This document shows positions 9,537 through 18,918 of a stretch of 43,149 nucleotides of DNA, piece after piece. Positions within the stretch are counted from its first letter, which is position 1; every line of letters starts with the position of its first letter. Origin of the DNA: an uncultured Gammaproteobacteria bacterium (GTDB lineage Bacteria; Patescibacteriota; Microgenomatia; UBA12405). The notes below the pieces were generated by a model. That model saw only the letters and a list, made by a program, of their open reading frames with translations, did not search any database and was not told the origin of the DNA. Position numbers and translations under genes: made by a program. Where the stretch lies: contig CAZVMP010000003.1 in the NCBI GenBank assembly GCA_964628885.1, positions 1-43,149 of the forward strand, written 5' to 3'.

Positions 9537-11276
9537 ATGAATGATTCTGCCCAAAAAATATACAAGAGCCTTGGAGAGATTCTTAAAGATGAAGGCTTGA
9601 TAAGTGAACAAGGAGATAAGGATATTGGATTAAGAAGGGTAAAAACTGGTGAATCAGAAGAAGATATTATTAGAGCGTTAAGGTTAGTTCCCGAGGAGTC
9701 TTTGGTTAAGGCTAAGGCAAAGTTTTTGAAGGTACCGTTTATAGATTTAGATAATACAGCCTTTTCTCCAGAAGCGTTGAGTTTAGTACCGGAAAGTGTA
9801 GCTCAAAAATATAAAATAGTAGCCTATCGGTTTGACGCTAAAGCTAAGACATTATTTGTAACCATGGTAAACCCGTTGGATTTAGAGACGTTGGAATTTT
9901 TGGAAAAGAAAACTAATTTGAAAATAAATGCCGCCATGTCAATGGAAAAGCAAATAGATTCATTTATTAGGGAAAAGTATATTAGAGAGAAAAGTATTAC
10001 TTCAGAAGTAAATAAGGCGTTGGATGAAAGAAAGGCAGAAGAAACTGTAGTCAAGAAAACTCAAGATAATGTTACAGTTGAAGCACCGGTAGCTAAGATA
10101 GTTTCGACAATTTTAGAGTATGCAATAAAATCCAGAGCGTCTGATGTTCACATTGAACCACAGGAAGACAATGTAAGAGTGAGGTATAGGATAGATGGTA
10201 TCTTGCAGGAAAAATATTTGTTGCCAAGAAATGTTCACGATGCAGTGGTTTCAAGAATAAAAATTTTGTCAGATTTAAAAATTGATGAAAAAAGAGTTCC
10301 TCAGGATGGTCGGTTCTTTTTTTCGGCAGACGGGAATGATGTTGATTTGCGGATATCAACTTTACCAACCACTTATGGAGAAAAAGTAGTTATGCGTCTT
10401 TTAAAAAAATCGCAGAAAGTTCCTAGTTTACCGGATTTAGGATTGAGAGGGTTGGCGTTGAAAAATTTAATGACTTCGATTCAGCGACCACATGGAATAA
10501 TTATAGTTTGCGGACCAACTGGTTCAGGAAAGACAACCACCTTATATTCAATTTTAGATATTGTGGCGACATCAAGGGTAAATGTAGTTACGATTGAGGA
10601 TCCGGTGGAATATCAAATGAAAGGAGTTAATCAGGTCCAAGTGAATGTACAAGCAGGGTTATCGTTTGCTTCAGCCTTAAGGTCGTTTTTACGTCAGGAC
10701 CCAAACATTATAATGGTAGGAGAAGTCCGGGATGCGGAAACGGCTGATTTAGCTATTAATGCGGCTTTGACAGGTCATTTGGTGTTTTCAACACTTCACA
10801 CCAATGATGCTTCTGGAGTTCCACCACGGTTACTGGATATGGGAGCAGAACCATTTTTATTAGTATCTTCATTAAATTGTGTCGTTGGTCAACGGGTATT
10901 AAGGAGGGTTTGTAAGGAATGTGTTTCTGAATCAGACATGACTTCGGATCAGGAACATGAGATAAAGACAACTTTAGGACCAATTTATAATTTAATAGAA
11001 GATAAATACAGAAAGGAAGGAAAGAAAATAACTTTACCAAAAATTGTAGGCTGTGAAAAGTGTAATAATACGGGATATGTGGGGAGAATCGCTATTTATG
11101 AAGTAATGCCAATAAGTGAAAAATTATCAAAATTAATTATTGAGAAAGCAGCTGCTTCTGAGATTCAAAAACAAGCAATGGATGAAGGGATGTTAACGAT
11201 GAAACAGGATGGTTACGTTAAGGTATTAGAGGGAATAACTACTATGGATGAAGTTGTCAGAGTAGCCCAATATTAG
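9537..11276 (+). CDS. pilB: Type IV pilus extension ATPase (PilB/GspE)
   Basis: MshEN/GspE N-domain, ASDVHIEP, RYRIDG, PQDGRF, Walker A GPTGSGKTT, TIEDPVE, LRQDPNIIMVGEVRD, TGHLVFSTLH, CxxC...CxxC; start set at ATG 9537 (track begins 9495). Confidence 0.96.
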   Translation: MNDSAQKIYKSLGEILKDEGLISEQGDKDIGLRRVKTGESEEDIIRALRLVPEESLVKAKAKFLKVPFIDLDNTAFSPEALSLVPESVAQKYKIVAYRFDAKAKTLFVTMVNPLDLETLEFLEKKTNLKINAAMSMEKQIDSFIREKYIREKSITSEVNKALDERKAEETVVKKTQDNVTVEAPVAKIVSTILEYAIKSRASDVHIEPQEDNVRVRYRIDGILQEKYLLPRNVHDAVVSRIKILSDLKIDEKRVPQDGRFFFSADGNDVDLRISTLPTTYGEKVVMRLLKKSQKVPSLPDLGLRGLALKNLMTSIQRPHGIIIVCGPTGSGKTTTLYSILDIVATSRVNVVTIEDPVEYQMKGVNQVQVNVQAGLSFASALRSFLRQDPNIIMVGEVRDAETADLAINAALTGHLVFSTLHTNDASGVPPRLLDMGAEPFLLVSSLNCVVGQRVLRRVCKECVSESDMTSDQEHEIKTTLGPIYNLIEDKYRKEGKKITLPKIVGCEKCNNTGYVGRIAIYEVMPISEKLSKLIIEKAAASEIQKQAMDEGMLTMKQDGYVKVLEGITTMDEVVRVAQY

Positions 11277-11312
11277 TTATAAATAACTATACTATTAATT
11301 TTTAATAAATAA

Positions 11313-12374
11313 ATGCATACAAAATTAAAAGAATTATTATCACTAGCAGTAGCTAACAAGGCATCTGATATTCATTTGATGATGGGAATACCTCCTAAAA
11401 TTAGGGTTAATGGGGAGCTTCAATTGGCCCCAAATTGGATAAATGTGGACGATGATTTGACCAGGGAAATGGTGGAATCTATCATGGATGAAAAACAAAA
11501 AGAAAAATTAGAGAGAGAAAAAGAAGTTGATTTTTCTTTTGAAACTAATGAAGCTAGGTTTAGAGCTAATGTTTATTGGCAAAAGGATACGGTCGCTTGT
11601 GCTTTAAGGATTCTATCGTCAACTATTCCTTCTTTTGAAGAATTAAATTTACCAGGAATATTAAGAGATTTTATTGGTATAAAACAAGGATTTATTTTAA
11701 TTACTGGGCCAACTAGCCATGGTAAATCAACCACTATAGCTTCACTTTTAAATGAAATTAATAAAAGTCGTAATGCTCATATCGTGACGATTGAGGATCC
11801 AGTGGAATATTTATTAAAACCTGAAAAATCAATTATTTCTCAAAGAGAGTTGGGTGGTGATACTAACGATTTTCCGTCGGCACTACGATCATGTTTACGT
11901 CAAGACCCTAATGTTGTTTTTATTGGAGAAATGAGAGATTTAGATTCGATTCAATCAGCGTTGACAATTGCTGAAACTGGGCATCTTGTTTTTTCAGTGC
12001 TTCACACCAATTCGGCAGCTCAAACTATTGATAGAATAGTGGACGTTTTTCCAAGCGGATCTAAGGAAGAAGTTAGAATTCAGTTGGCGTCAGTATTGAC
12101 GGCAATTGTATCTCAAAGACTGTTACCGTCGATTGACGGAGGTAGAATCCCGGCACTTGAAGTTATGATCAATACTTCGGCGGTTAGAAATATTATTCGT
12201 GAAGGTAAGACTTTTATGTTGGATAATGTAATTCAAACAAGCGCTGATGTAGGAATGATAGGGTTGGATACTTATTTGGCAAAATTAGTATTAGAAGGGA
12301 AAGTAAAAGAAGAAGAAGCAGTTAATTATGTTACTAATTTAATTGAGTTCCAAACCAAACTGAGGAAAAAATAA
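11313..12374 (+). CDS. pilT: Type IV pilus retraction ATPase PilT
   Basis: ASDIHL, GPTSHGKSTT, TIEDPVE, LRQDPNVVFIGEMRD, TGHLVFSVLH, AVRNIIRE (AIRNLIRE motif). Confidence 0.95.
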   Translation: MHTKLKELLSLAVANKASDIHLMMGIPPKIRVNGELQLAPNWINVDDDLTREMVESIMDEKQKEKLEREKEVDFSFETNEARFRANVYWQKDTVACALRILSSTIPSFEELNLPGILRDFIGIKQGFILITGPTSHGKSTTIASLLNEINKSRNAHIVTIEDPVEYLLKPEKSIISQRELGGDTNDFPSALRSCLRQDPNVVFIGEMRDLDSIQSALTIAETGHLVFSVLHTNSAAQTIDRIVDVFPSGSKEEVRIQLASVLTAIVSQRLLPSIDGGRIPALEVMINTSAVRNIIREGKTFMLDNVIQTSADVGMIGLDTYLAKLVLEGKVKEEEAVNYVTNLIEFQTKLRKK

Positions 12375-12381
12375 TTAAATC

Positions 12382-13590
12382 ATGAAATTTGTTTACAGGG
12401 CTAGAGACTGGAGTGGAAAGATGATAAAAGGTGATGGAGATTTTCATGACCAAAAAGAAGTAATAGAATCAATTAAAAGTAGTGGATTAGTGCCGATATT
12501 TGTAGCTGAAGAAAGATCAAGTTTGTTGGTTGAGTTTTATAAAAGTACCTTTTCAAAGGTAACCTTAAAACAGGTAAGTGTTTTTACTAGACAGCTATCG
12601 ACAATGATGAATTCAGGATTACCATTAACTGATGCTTTGGCTTTGTTAAAGAATCAGATGGATAGAAGATCTTTAATGTATGAGATTTTGGATTATACTT
12701 TAAAAACTGTTCAGAAAGGAAGTACTTTAGCAGAAGGTTTAAGTAAATACAAAAAAGTCTTTGGGGAGGCTTATATTGCTTCAGTTGAAGCTGGTGAAGA
12801 AGCGGGAGTGTTGGATGAAATTATAACTAAATTAGCAGAGACTTTAGAAAAACAAAATGAATTTCAAGGAAAGGTTAAAGGGGCGATGATTTATCCAGTA
12901 ATCGTAATTATAGGGATGGTGGCGGTAGTAATTATTATGATGATATTTGTTATTCCGAAACTTTTGAGTATGTATAGCGATTTTGGAGCGGAAATGCCGA
13001 CTTCGACAAGGATTCTAATGAATATATCAACATTTATGGGAAAGTTTTGGTTTTTGATGCCAATTTTTGGTTTTGGAGTTTGGGCAATTTTTTGGATGGG
13101 TAAGAAAAATAAAGAATTTGGTTATAAAGTAGATACTTTTAAGCTTAGATTTCCAGTGATTGGTGATTTAACTAAAAAAAATATTTTAGCAACAACTATT
13201 AGAACTTTATCAATGTTATTGTCAGCAGGAATCCCTTTGGTAGAAGCTTTGAAAATAGTTTCAAACATTGCGGAGAATATGGTTTATGTGGATTCTTTTT
13301 TAAAGATAGGAAATCGAGTACAGAAAGGATTTTCTATAGCTAATTCGTTTGAAGAAACGGGAGTTTTTCCATTAATTGTCAACCAAATGGTAGCAACTGG
13401 AGAAGCAACTGGAAAACTAGATGAGGTCTTATTAAAGGTGGCAGATTACTTTGCTAGCGAAGCAGAACAGTCAGTTAAATCACTAACATCAGCAATTGAA
13501 CCGTTGATTATGATTGTACTGGGGTTGGGGGTAGCATTTTTAGTGGTGGCGGTGGTAATGCCAATCTATAACTTGACTTCTCAATTTTAG
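12382..13590 (+). CDS. pilC: Type IV pilus platform protein (PilC/GspF)
   Basis: Two T2SSF domains: 'FTRQLSTMMNSGLPL', 'GEEAGVLDE', 'AMIYP', 'GEATGKLDEVL', 'IEPLIMIVLG...MPIYNL'. Confidence 0.96.
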   Translation: MKFVYRARDWSGKMIKGDGDFHDQKEVIESIKSSGLVPIFVAEERSSLLVEFYKSTFSKVTLKQVSVFTRQLSTMMNSGLPLTDALALLKNQMDRRSLMYEILDYTLKTVQKGSTLAEGLSKYKKVFGEAYIASVEAGEEAGVLDEIITKLAETLEKQNEFQGKVKGAMIYPVIVIIGMVAVVIIMMIFVIPKLLSMYSDFGAEMPTSTRILMNISTFMGKFWFLMPIFGFGVWAIFWMGKKNKEFGYKVDTFKLRFPVIGDLTKKNILATTIRTLSMLLSAGIPLVEALKIVSNIAENMVYVDSFLKIGNRVQKGFSIANSFEETGVFPLIVNQMVATGEATGKLDEVLLKVADYFASEAEQSVKSLTSAIEPLIMIVLGLGVAFLVVAVVMPIYNLTSQF

Positions 13591-13628
13591 TGGTAAATAA
13601 TAAATATAGTTATTATTGAAAAATTAAA

Positions 13629-14321
13629 ATGAAACAAAAGATATTTTTAGGAAATAGAAAGAAAAATAAAGGTTTCACCTTAGTGGAACTATTGATAGTT
13701 ATTGCCTTGATTGCAATTTTATCAGTAGCAGTTTTGGCAACTATTAACCCAATTGAACAATCAAATAAGGCTAAAGACTCAACTATGCAAAACGATGCTG
13801 CTGAAGTCTTGAACGCTTATGAACGTTATTATGCAGCTCAAGCTTCTTATCCTTGGATTGATGTAGTATCCCCCTCAACCTTAACAGTTGATAATGAAAT
13901 AAGTTTAAATAGTACCATGGCAGGGTTCGGTTTATGTACTGTTGCCGATGCTGCAAGTCCTACGGATCAATGTTCCCCAAGAGATAGCCAGGGGTTACTG
14001 CTAAGTACCACTGAGCTAAAAGACTCTTTTTTAGAGAAAAATTATACTAAAAGTCCAACCAATCCAGCCAACGAACCTTTGTTTTCTGAAAGGCTCTATT
14101 TAGTTAAGGATCCGGTAGGCCAAGGAAATTCAATTCATGTTTGTTTTATTCCTAAGGCAAAGGCTAACAGGACACAAAATTCCAGATTAAAGGAGCTAGC
14201 TGTCGATGAGAGTGGAATTCCAACAACATTTATAGATGCTACTGGATTTGTTAGCGGTTATCCTGCTGCAAGTTGGGATTTTACAAGTGCAGGAACATCA
14301 CTATTTAAGTGCGTACCATAA
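13629..14321 (+). CDS. Type IV pilin, probable major pilin
   Basis: Class III signal KNKG|FTLVELLIVIALIAILSVAVLATINP; directly after pilC and followed by a strong terminator; 4 Cys in the globular domain. Confidence 0.88.
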   Translation: MKQKIFLGNRKKNKGFTLVELLIVIALIAILSVAVLATINPIEQSNKAKDSTMQNDAAEVLNAYERYYAAQASYPWIDVVSPSTLTVDNEISLNSTMAGFGLCTVADAASPTDQCSPRDSQGLLLSTTELKDSFLEKNYTKSPTNPANEPLFSERLYLVKDPVGQGNSIHVCFIPKAKANRTQNSRLKELAVDESGIPTTFIDATGFVSGYPAASWDFTSAGTSLFKCVP

Positions 14322-14342
14322 TTTAGCAATTAGATAATAGAT

Positions 14343-14370
14343 AAACCCTCCAAGAAATTGGGGGGTTTTT
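14343..14370 (+). terminator. Intrinsic terminator after the putative major pilin
   Basis: CCCTCCAA-GAAA-TTGGGGGG stem-loop (GNRA loop, one G-U) followed by TTTTT. Confidence 0.85.
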
Positions 14371-14386
14371 GTTGATAAAATTAAAT

Positions 14387-15175
14387 ATGGAAATTTTATT
14401 AATTAACGGGTTGATATTTATTTTAGGTTTAGGGGTTGGCAGTTTTGTAAATATGTTGGTTTATAGAGTGGCAATCAAATATGAGTTAGAGGTTTATAGT
14501 GTTAAAAGGAAGAGAAATAAAAATAGATCTTTTTGTGATTTTTGTGGTCGACAGTTGAGATGGAAAGAAAATATTCCGGTATTATCCTGGATAAGACAAA
14601 AAGGAAAGTCTGGGTGCTGTCAAAAAAAGTTACCTATTTTTTATCCGATAGTCGAGGCAGGAACAGGGATTGTCTTTTGGTGGTTTAATTTTAGGTATCC
14701 ATATTGGCAGACTGATTGGTGGCTTTGGGGATTGGGGTTAATTATCTTGACGTTAATGATATTTTTAACGGTGTTTGATTATAGGTATATGATTTTACCT
14801 GATTTTGCAGTAATTATTTTAATAATTTTGGCAATAGTGGGGGTAGTTTTTAGTGAAAAGAGTCTAGTCCCCTATTTAATATCATCGTTATCAGCATCGG
14901 GATTATTACTGTTTTTAAATTTAATAACTAAGGGTAAGGGTATGGGTTGGGGAGATGTTAAGCTGGCAGTATTTATGGGGTTGTTTTTAGGGTATCCAGG
15001 AATACTGATGGCAATGTATTTAGCTTTTATTATTGGAGCATTAGTAAGTTTAGGGTTAATAATCACCAAAAAAGCTACCAAAAAAAGCCTAATTCCTTTT
15101 GGGCCATTTTTGATATTAGGAACCTGGCTATCGTGGTGGTTTGGGGCAGAGATGTGGCAGTTAATTTGGGGATAG
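14387..15175 (+). CDS. pilD: Prepilin peptidase / N-methyltransferase (A24 family)
   Basis: 'GSFVNMLVYR', 'RSFCDFCGRQLRWKENIPVLSW...GCC', catalytic Asp motifs VFDYRY and MGWGDVKL, IPFGPFL; start at 14387 (track 14369). Confidence 0.95.
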   Translation: MEILLINGLIFILGLGVGSFVNMLVYRVAIKYELEVYSVKRKRNKNRSFCDFCGRQLRWKENIPVLSWIRQKGKSGCCQKKLPIFYPIVEAGTGIVFWWFNFRYPYWQTDWWLWGLGLIILTLMIFLTVFDYRYMILPDFAVIILIILAIVGVVFSEKSLVPYLISSLSASGLLLFLNLITKGKGMGWGDVKLAVFMGLFLGYPGILMAMYLAFIIGALVSLGLIITKKATKKSLIPFGPFLILGTWLSWWFGAEMWQLIWG

Positions 15176-15189
15176 TATAGAATAAATTA

Positions 15190-15687
15190 ATGACAAGAGA
15201 GGAAAGATTGAAGCAAGATTCAGGGTTTACTTTAGTGGAGTTGTTAATAGTAATAACAATCTTAGTATTTTTGGCAATAATGTTGATTGGAATTATTAAT
15301 CCAAACGCTTTAATTGGTCGAGCTAATGATTCCAGACGAAAAAGTGATTTGAATAAAATAAGAACAGCCTTTGAAGAGTTTTCTAACGATAATGGTAGAT
15401 ATCCGACGGCAGCAGAGGTTTCTTTATGGAATAGAATGTCAAATTGTGATAAGAAGGTTGATGATTTGAAAAATTATTTACCGGCATGGCCGTGTGATCC
15501 TGATAAAAAGTTATATCAAATTATGGTTGGGGAGAAATGGTTTAAGATAGTAACTAATTTAAAAAATAAACAGGATAAGGATATTCCTGCTGGTTGGTAT
15601 AATTCGGGGACTTATACTAGTAGTGGGTTTGATAAATCAAGTGTAAACTATGGAGTCTCCAGTTTAAATATATTATGGTATGAATAG
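15190..15687 (+). CDS. Type IV pilin-like protein (GspG-like)
   Basis: G|FTLVELLIV; 'ANDSRRKSDLNKIRTAFEEFSNDNGRYP'; 2 Cys. Confidence 0.88.
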   Translation: MTREERLKQDSGFTLVELLIVITILVFLAIMLIGIINPNALIGRANDSRRKSDLNKIRTAFEEFSNDNGRYPTAAEVSLWNRMSNCDKKVDDLKNYLPAWPCDPDKKLYQIMVGEKWFKIVTNLKNKQDKDIPAGWYNSGTYTSSGFDKSSVNYGVSSLNILWYE

Positions 15688-15732
15688 TATTTCTACTGTC
15701 CCCTACTGTAGAGTTGGGGAAATTAAACTATT

Positions 15733-16161
15733 ATGAACAAAACTGCTATTGAAACATTAATTGCCGTTGTTTGTTTGCTTGTTTTGGGAGGGATTACTTT
15801 TAATCAATTTAGTCTAGCAAAAGCCAGATCAAGGGATATAAGACGAAAGAATGATTTACATGAAATGTCAAAGATAATTAGACTTTATTATAAAGATTAT
15901 AAAAAATTACCAGAAGCAGAAATAATAAACAATTTGTGGGGAAAAGAGTGGGTTGATATGGGTTATGTCTACATGGATAAGGTGCCGGGTGAACCTTTAG
16001 GTCAGAATCAGTTTTGTTATGAAATAGTTGATGAAAATAATTTTGCCCTACTTGCTGATTTGGAAAATAAAAATGATGTTGATTGTAAAAATAAAGATTT
16101 TTTTTGTAATAGCCAAAACTATTGTTATCGGGACGTTTTGACAGCCGAAGTAATAAAATAA
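15733..16161 (+). CDS. Pilin-like protein with non-canonical N-terminus
   Basis: Body matches neighbours ('SRDIRRKNDL...YYKDYKKLP', 'FALLADLENKND') but begins MNKTAIETLIAVV with no G|F site. Confidence 0.75.
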   Translation: MNKTAIETLIAVVCLLVLGGITFNQFSLAKARSRDIRRKNDLHEMSKIIRLYYKDYKKLPEAEIINNLWGKEWVDMGYVYMDKVPGEPLGQNQFCYEIVDENNFALLADLENKNDVDCKNKDFFCNSQNYCYRDVLTAEVIK

Positions 16162-16191
16162 CAAGTTAGTTTCAAGAGTTAAGGGTTAGAT

Positions 16192-16220
16192 TTGCAAGAC
16201 GATAAATAAATGAGTATGAT
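16192..16220 (+). promoter_or_regulatory. Sigma70-type promoter inside the pilin array
   Basis: TTGCAA (16192-97), 17 bp, TATGAT (16215-20), 10 nt before ATG 16231. Confidence 0.65.
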
Positions 16221-16230
16221 TATTTTAGTT

Positions 16231-16641
16231 ATGAAAGAGAATAAAGGATTTAGTTTAATAGAACTATTAGTTGTTATTTCAATTATTGGAGTTTTGTCAG
16301 CAATTTTAATGATGAATTTAATGGGGGCGAGAGAAAGAAGTCGGGATTCGCAAAGAATTCAAGATTTAAACAGTCTTAAAAGTGCTTTGCGCCTTTATTA
16401 TAATGATAATCAAGCTTATCCTACGGGATCAGAATGTACTACTTGTTTAAACTCAATTTTATCAGGTTATACTAGCGGAGTGTCTGGGGTTGGATATACT
16501 TATACTTCGGTTGATAATAATAACGGGTTTTTGTTGACAGTGGTATTAGAAAGTGGGGCTGGAAATGAAGATATTAATTCACAATCTAAATGTGGAATAG
16601 CTTCGCCAAAAGATAAAATTTATGCTGTTTGTGCTTATTAA
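16231..16641 (+). CDS. Type IV pilin-like protein (GspG-like)
   Basis: MKENKG|FSLIELLVVISIIG; 'SRDSQRIQDL...LYYNDNQAYP'; start 16231 (track 16210). Confidence 0.88.
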   Translation: MKENKGFSLIELLVVISIIGVLSAILMMNLMGARERSRDSQRIQDLNSLKSALRLYYNDNQAYPTGSECTTCLNSILSGYTSGVSGVGYTYTSVDNNNGFLLTVVLESGAGNEDINSQSKCGIASPKDKIYAVCAY

Positions 16642-16643
16642 AT

Positions 16644-17099
16644 ATGATAAAAAGAAGTAAAAAAAATGGTTTTACCTTGGTAGAATTATTAATTGTGATT
16701 TCAATTATTGGAATTGTCACCATAATTGCCTCAAGTAGTTTTGTTAGTTCTCAAAAAAAATCCAGAGATGCTTCAAGGAAGGCTAGTTTAAAATCTTTAT
16801 CAGATGCCTTAAATATGTATTACGCTGATATGGGTTCATTCCCTACTTCAATTACATTTGGAGGCCAATTGATATTAGGAACGGTAGTCTATATGAAAGA
16901 AATTCCAACAGAAACAGCTAAAGGAGTTAAACAATTTTATTACCAACCATCTCCAACTCGGAAGTCGTTTAGATTGTATACCAATTTGGAAAATGGTGAC
17001 GATAAAGATTGTTTACCTTCTTGTTCTGGTTATAGTGTCCCAGGAGGCTGTTGTTATGCGATTACTAGTTCAAATGCTAATATGAGCGATTTACCATGA
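16644..17099 (+). CDS. Type IV pilin-like protein (GspG-like)
   Basis: MIKRSKKNG|FTLVELLIV; 'SRDASRKASL...MYYADMGSFP', 'FRLYTNLENGDD'; start 16644 (track 16629). Confidence 0.88.
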   Translation: MIKRSKKNGFTLVELLIVISIIGIVTIIASSSFVSSQKKSRDASRKASLKSLSDALNMYYADMGSFPTSITFGGQLILGTVVYMKEIPTETAKGVKQFYYQPSPTRKSFRLYTNLENGDDKDCLPSCSGYSVPGGCCYAITSSNANMSDLP

Positions 17100-17539
17100 T
17101 AAAAAATAAAAAAACATTAGGTTTTACATTGGTTGAATTATTGATATCTATTTCGATTATTGCGATATTGTCAGTAATTTTATCGGTAAATTTTTCTAAA
17201 GCTCAGAAGAGTGGTCGAGATCAAAGAAGAATATCAGATTTGAAAGCGATTCAATCGGCAGCAGAACAATATTATTTACTTAAAGGAAGTTATCCTCCAA
17301 ATAAGACAACTCCTTGGACAGTTAACTCGAATGTAATCTTGCAGGCATTTCCAGTAGGTCCAAGAGGTGAGGCTTATACCTATACTTACAATGCTACTGC
17401 TGGAGGATTTTGTGCCTGTTCAACAGGAATGGAGTCTACTAAAGATAATAATGCTAACCAAACAAATTATGTTCCTTGTGACTTTCAGCCAGTAGGGTCT
17501 CTTGGAGCAGTTAATTATTGTGTTGGTAATCAACAATAA
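17096..17539 (+). CDS. Type IV pilin-like protein (GspG-like)
   Basis: LG|FTLVELLISI; 'GRDQRRISDLKAIQSAAEQYYLLKGSYP'; ATGA overlap with the upstream gene. Confidence 0.88.
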   Translation: MIKNKKTLGFTLVELLISISIIAILSVILSVNFSKAQKSGRDQRRISDLKAIQSAAEQYYLLKGSYPPNKTTPWTVNSNVILQAFPVGPRGEAYTYTYNATAGGFCACSTGMESTKDNNANQTNYVPCDFQPVGSLGAVNYCVGNQQ

Positions 17540-17558
17540 GTTAGTAGTTAAATTGGAG

Positions 17559-17960
17559 ATGAAAGACGGTAAATATAAAAATAAACAACAAGGATTTACT
17601 TTATTTGAACTGTTGGTTAGTATTTCGATTATCGCAGTAATGACAGCAATAGCAGTAGTTAGTTTTGGGGGGATGAATAAAAAGAGTCGTGATGCTAGAA
17701 GAACGGCTGACTTAGAAAAGATTAGGACGGCTTTGGAACTGGCCAAACAGATAGGAACTACCTACCCATCGTCAATTAACTATTTAGTGACTAATAAGTT
17801 TTTGGATAAAGAGCCAGTAGATCCAAAGAGTAAGGCAGCATACACTTATCGTAGAGATGATCCTTACAATTATTATATCTGTGCTACCATGGAAGATATC
17901 GGTTCGACTAATAACCCTGTAGGAATGACGGGCTGTAATTATCAAGTTATTAATCCTTAG
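17559..17960 (+). CDS. Type IV pilin-like protein (GspG-like)
   Basis: QQG|FTLFELLVSI; 'SRDARRTADLEKIRTALE...TYP'; ATG 17559 preceded by GGAG (track start 17502). Confidence 0.88.
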   Translation: MKDGKYKNKQQGFTLFELLVSISIIAVMTAIAVVSFGGMNKKSRDARRTADLEKIRTALELAKQIGTTYPSSINYLVTNKFLDKEPVDPKSKAAYTYRRDDPYNYYICATMEDIGSTNNPVGMTGCNYQVINP

Positions 17961-17986
17961 GTTTTTGTTTGAATTGATCTGAGTAT

Positions 17987-18015
17987 TTGTAACCGGTTTA
18001 GGAAATCGGTATGAT
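17987..18015 (+). promoter_or_regulatory. Sigma70-type promoter before the minor-pilin block
   Basis: TTGTAA (17987-92), 17 bp, TATGAT (18010-15), 6 nt before ATG 18022. Confidence 0.7.
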
Positions 18016-18021
18016 TAAGTG

Positions 18022-18510
18022 ATGAATGAAAAAAGAGGTTTTACTTTAATTGAATTGATTGTAGCAATGTCGGTAATGTTGCTTTTATTAGGAATTGGGA
18101 GTTATTCTATTAGCAAGTTTACACAATCAAGAAAGGTGATGGTGGCTAGAAATGAATTAACAACTTATATTAAACTGGCTAGAAATTTAGCAATAACCAA
18201 CCAACTTCCAAATAAGAAGACAAATCTAAAGTATGTTAGGGTAACCCTTTCTGGGATGACAATATCGGTTGTTGGTATAGATGATAATGGGGTCTCGTTT
18301 TCTGGCTTTCCTTACTTTTCTAAAACAATTGATGCTAAGGGGGTGACAACAGGTGGATTGTTAACTTTTGGTTTTAGTGGACTGTCAGGTAAATTAACTG
18401 ATAGTAATGGTAACTTAGATGATAATTACCTGTCGGTGAACGTGACTGAAGGGGTTGATACTTACTCGATTAAAGTTGATAGTTTAGGAATAATTACTGA
18501 TGAAAACTAA
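18022..18510 (+). CDS. Minor pilin (FimT/GspH-like)
   Basis: KRG|FTLIELIVAMSV; 'ARNELTTYIKLARNLAI'; beta-rich C-terminus. Confidence 0.8.
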   Translation: MNEKRGFTLIELIVAMSVMLLLLGIGSYSISKFTQSRKVMVARNELTTYIKLARNLAITNQLPNKKTNLKYVRVTLSGMTISVVGIDDNGVSFSGFPYFSKTIDAKGVTTGGLLTFGFSGLSGKLTDSNGNLDDNYLSVNVTEGVDTYSIKVDSLGIITDEN

Positions 18511-18898
18511 AGAAGCAGGACAGAGTTTAGTTGAAATGATTTTTTCTATAGGGATTTTAGTAACAGTAATTGTGGGAGTGGTGTCATTGATGGTTAAAAC
18601 GACATCGGTAAAAACAATAACAAATGCCAGAAAGAAAGCTAGTGAAATGAGTAGAGTTGTTGTAGAAAAACTTTTAGATGATAAAAATAATAAACCTGAT
18701 CAGTTTTGGCAGCTAAACAGTATTTCTCCTTCACAATTGCCGGGCTATGAAGGTTACAGTTATACGGTTAATTTTGATGTAATTACTGGAAATAATTGTA
18801 GTAGTACTGTGACAGAATGTGTTAATGCTACCATTGAGATAGCTTGGGGAAATAATGAAAAATTAGAAATCAAAAGGTTTTTTTCAAAAAAGATGTAA
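18500..18898 (+). CDS. Minor pilin (PilV/GspI-like)
   Basis: EAG|QSLVEMIFSIGIL; short; C-terminal 'VNATIEIAWG' typical of this class. Confidence 0.78.
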   Translation: MKTKEAGQSLVEMIFSIGILVTVIVGVVSLMVKTTSVKTITNARKKASEMSRVVVEKLLDDKNNKPDQFWQLNSISPSQLPGYEGYSYTVNFDVITGNNCSSTVTECVNATIEIAWGNNEKLEIKRFFSKKM

Positions 18899-18918
18899 TT
18901 TTTGAAAGTGATTGGTGT

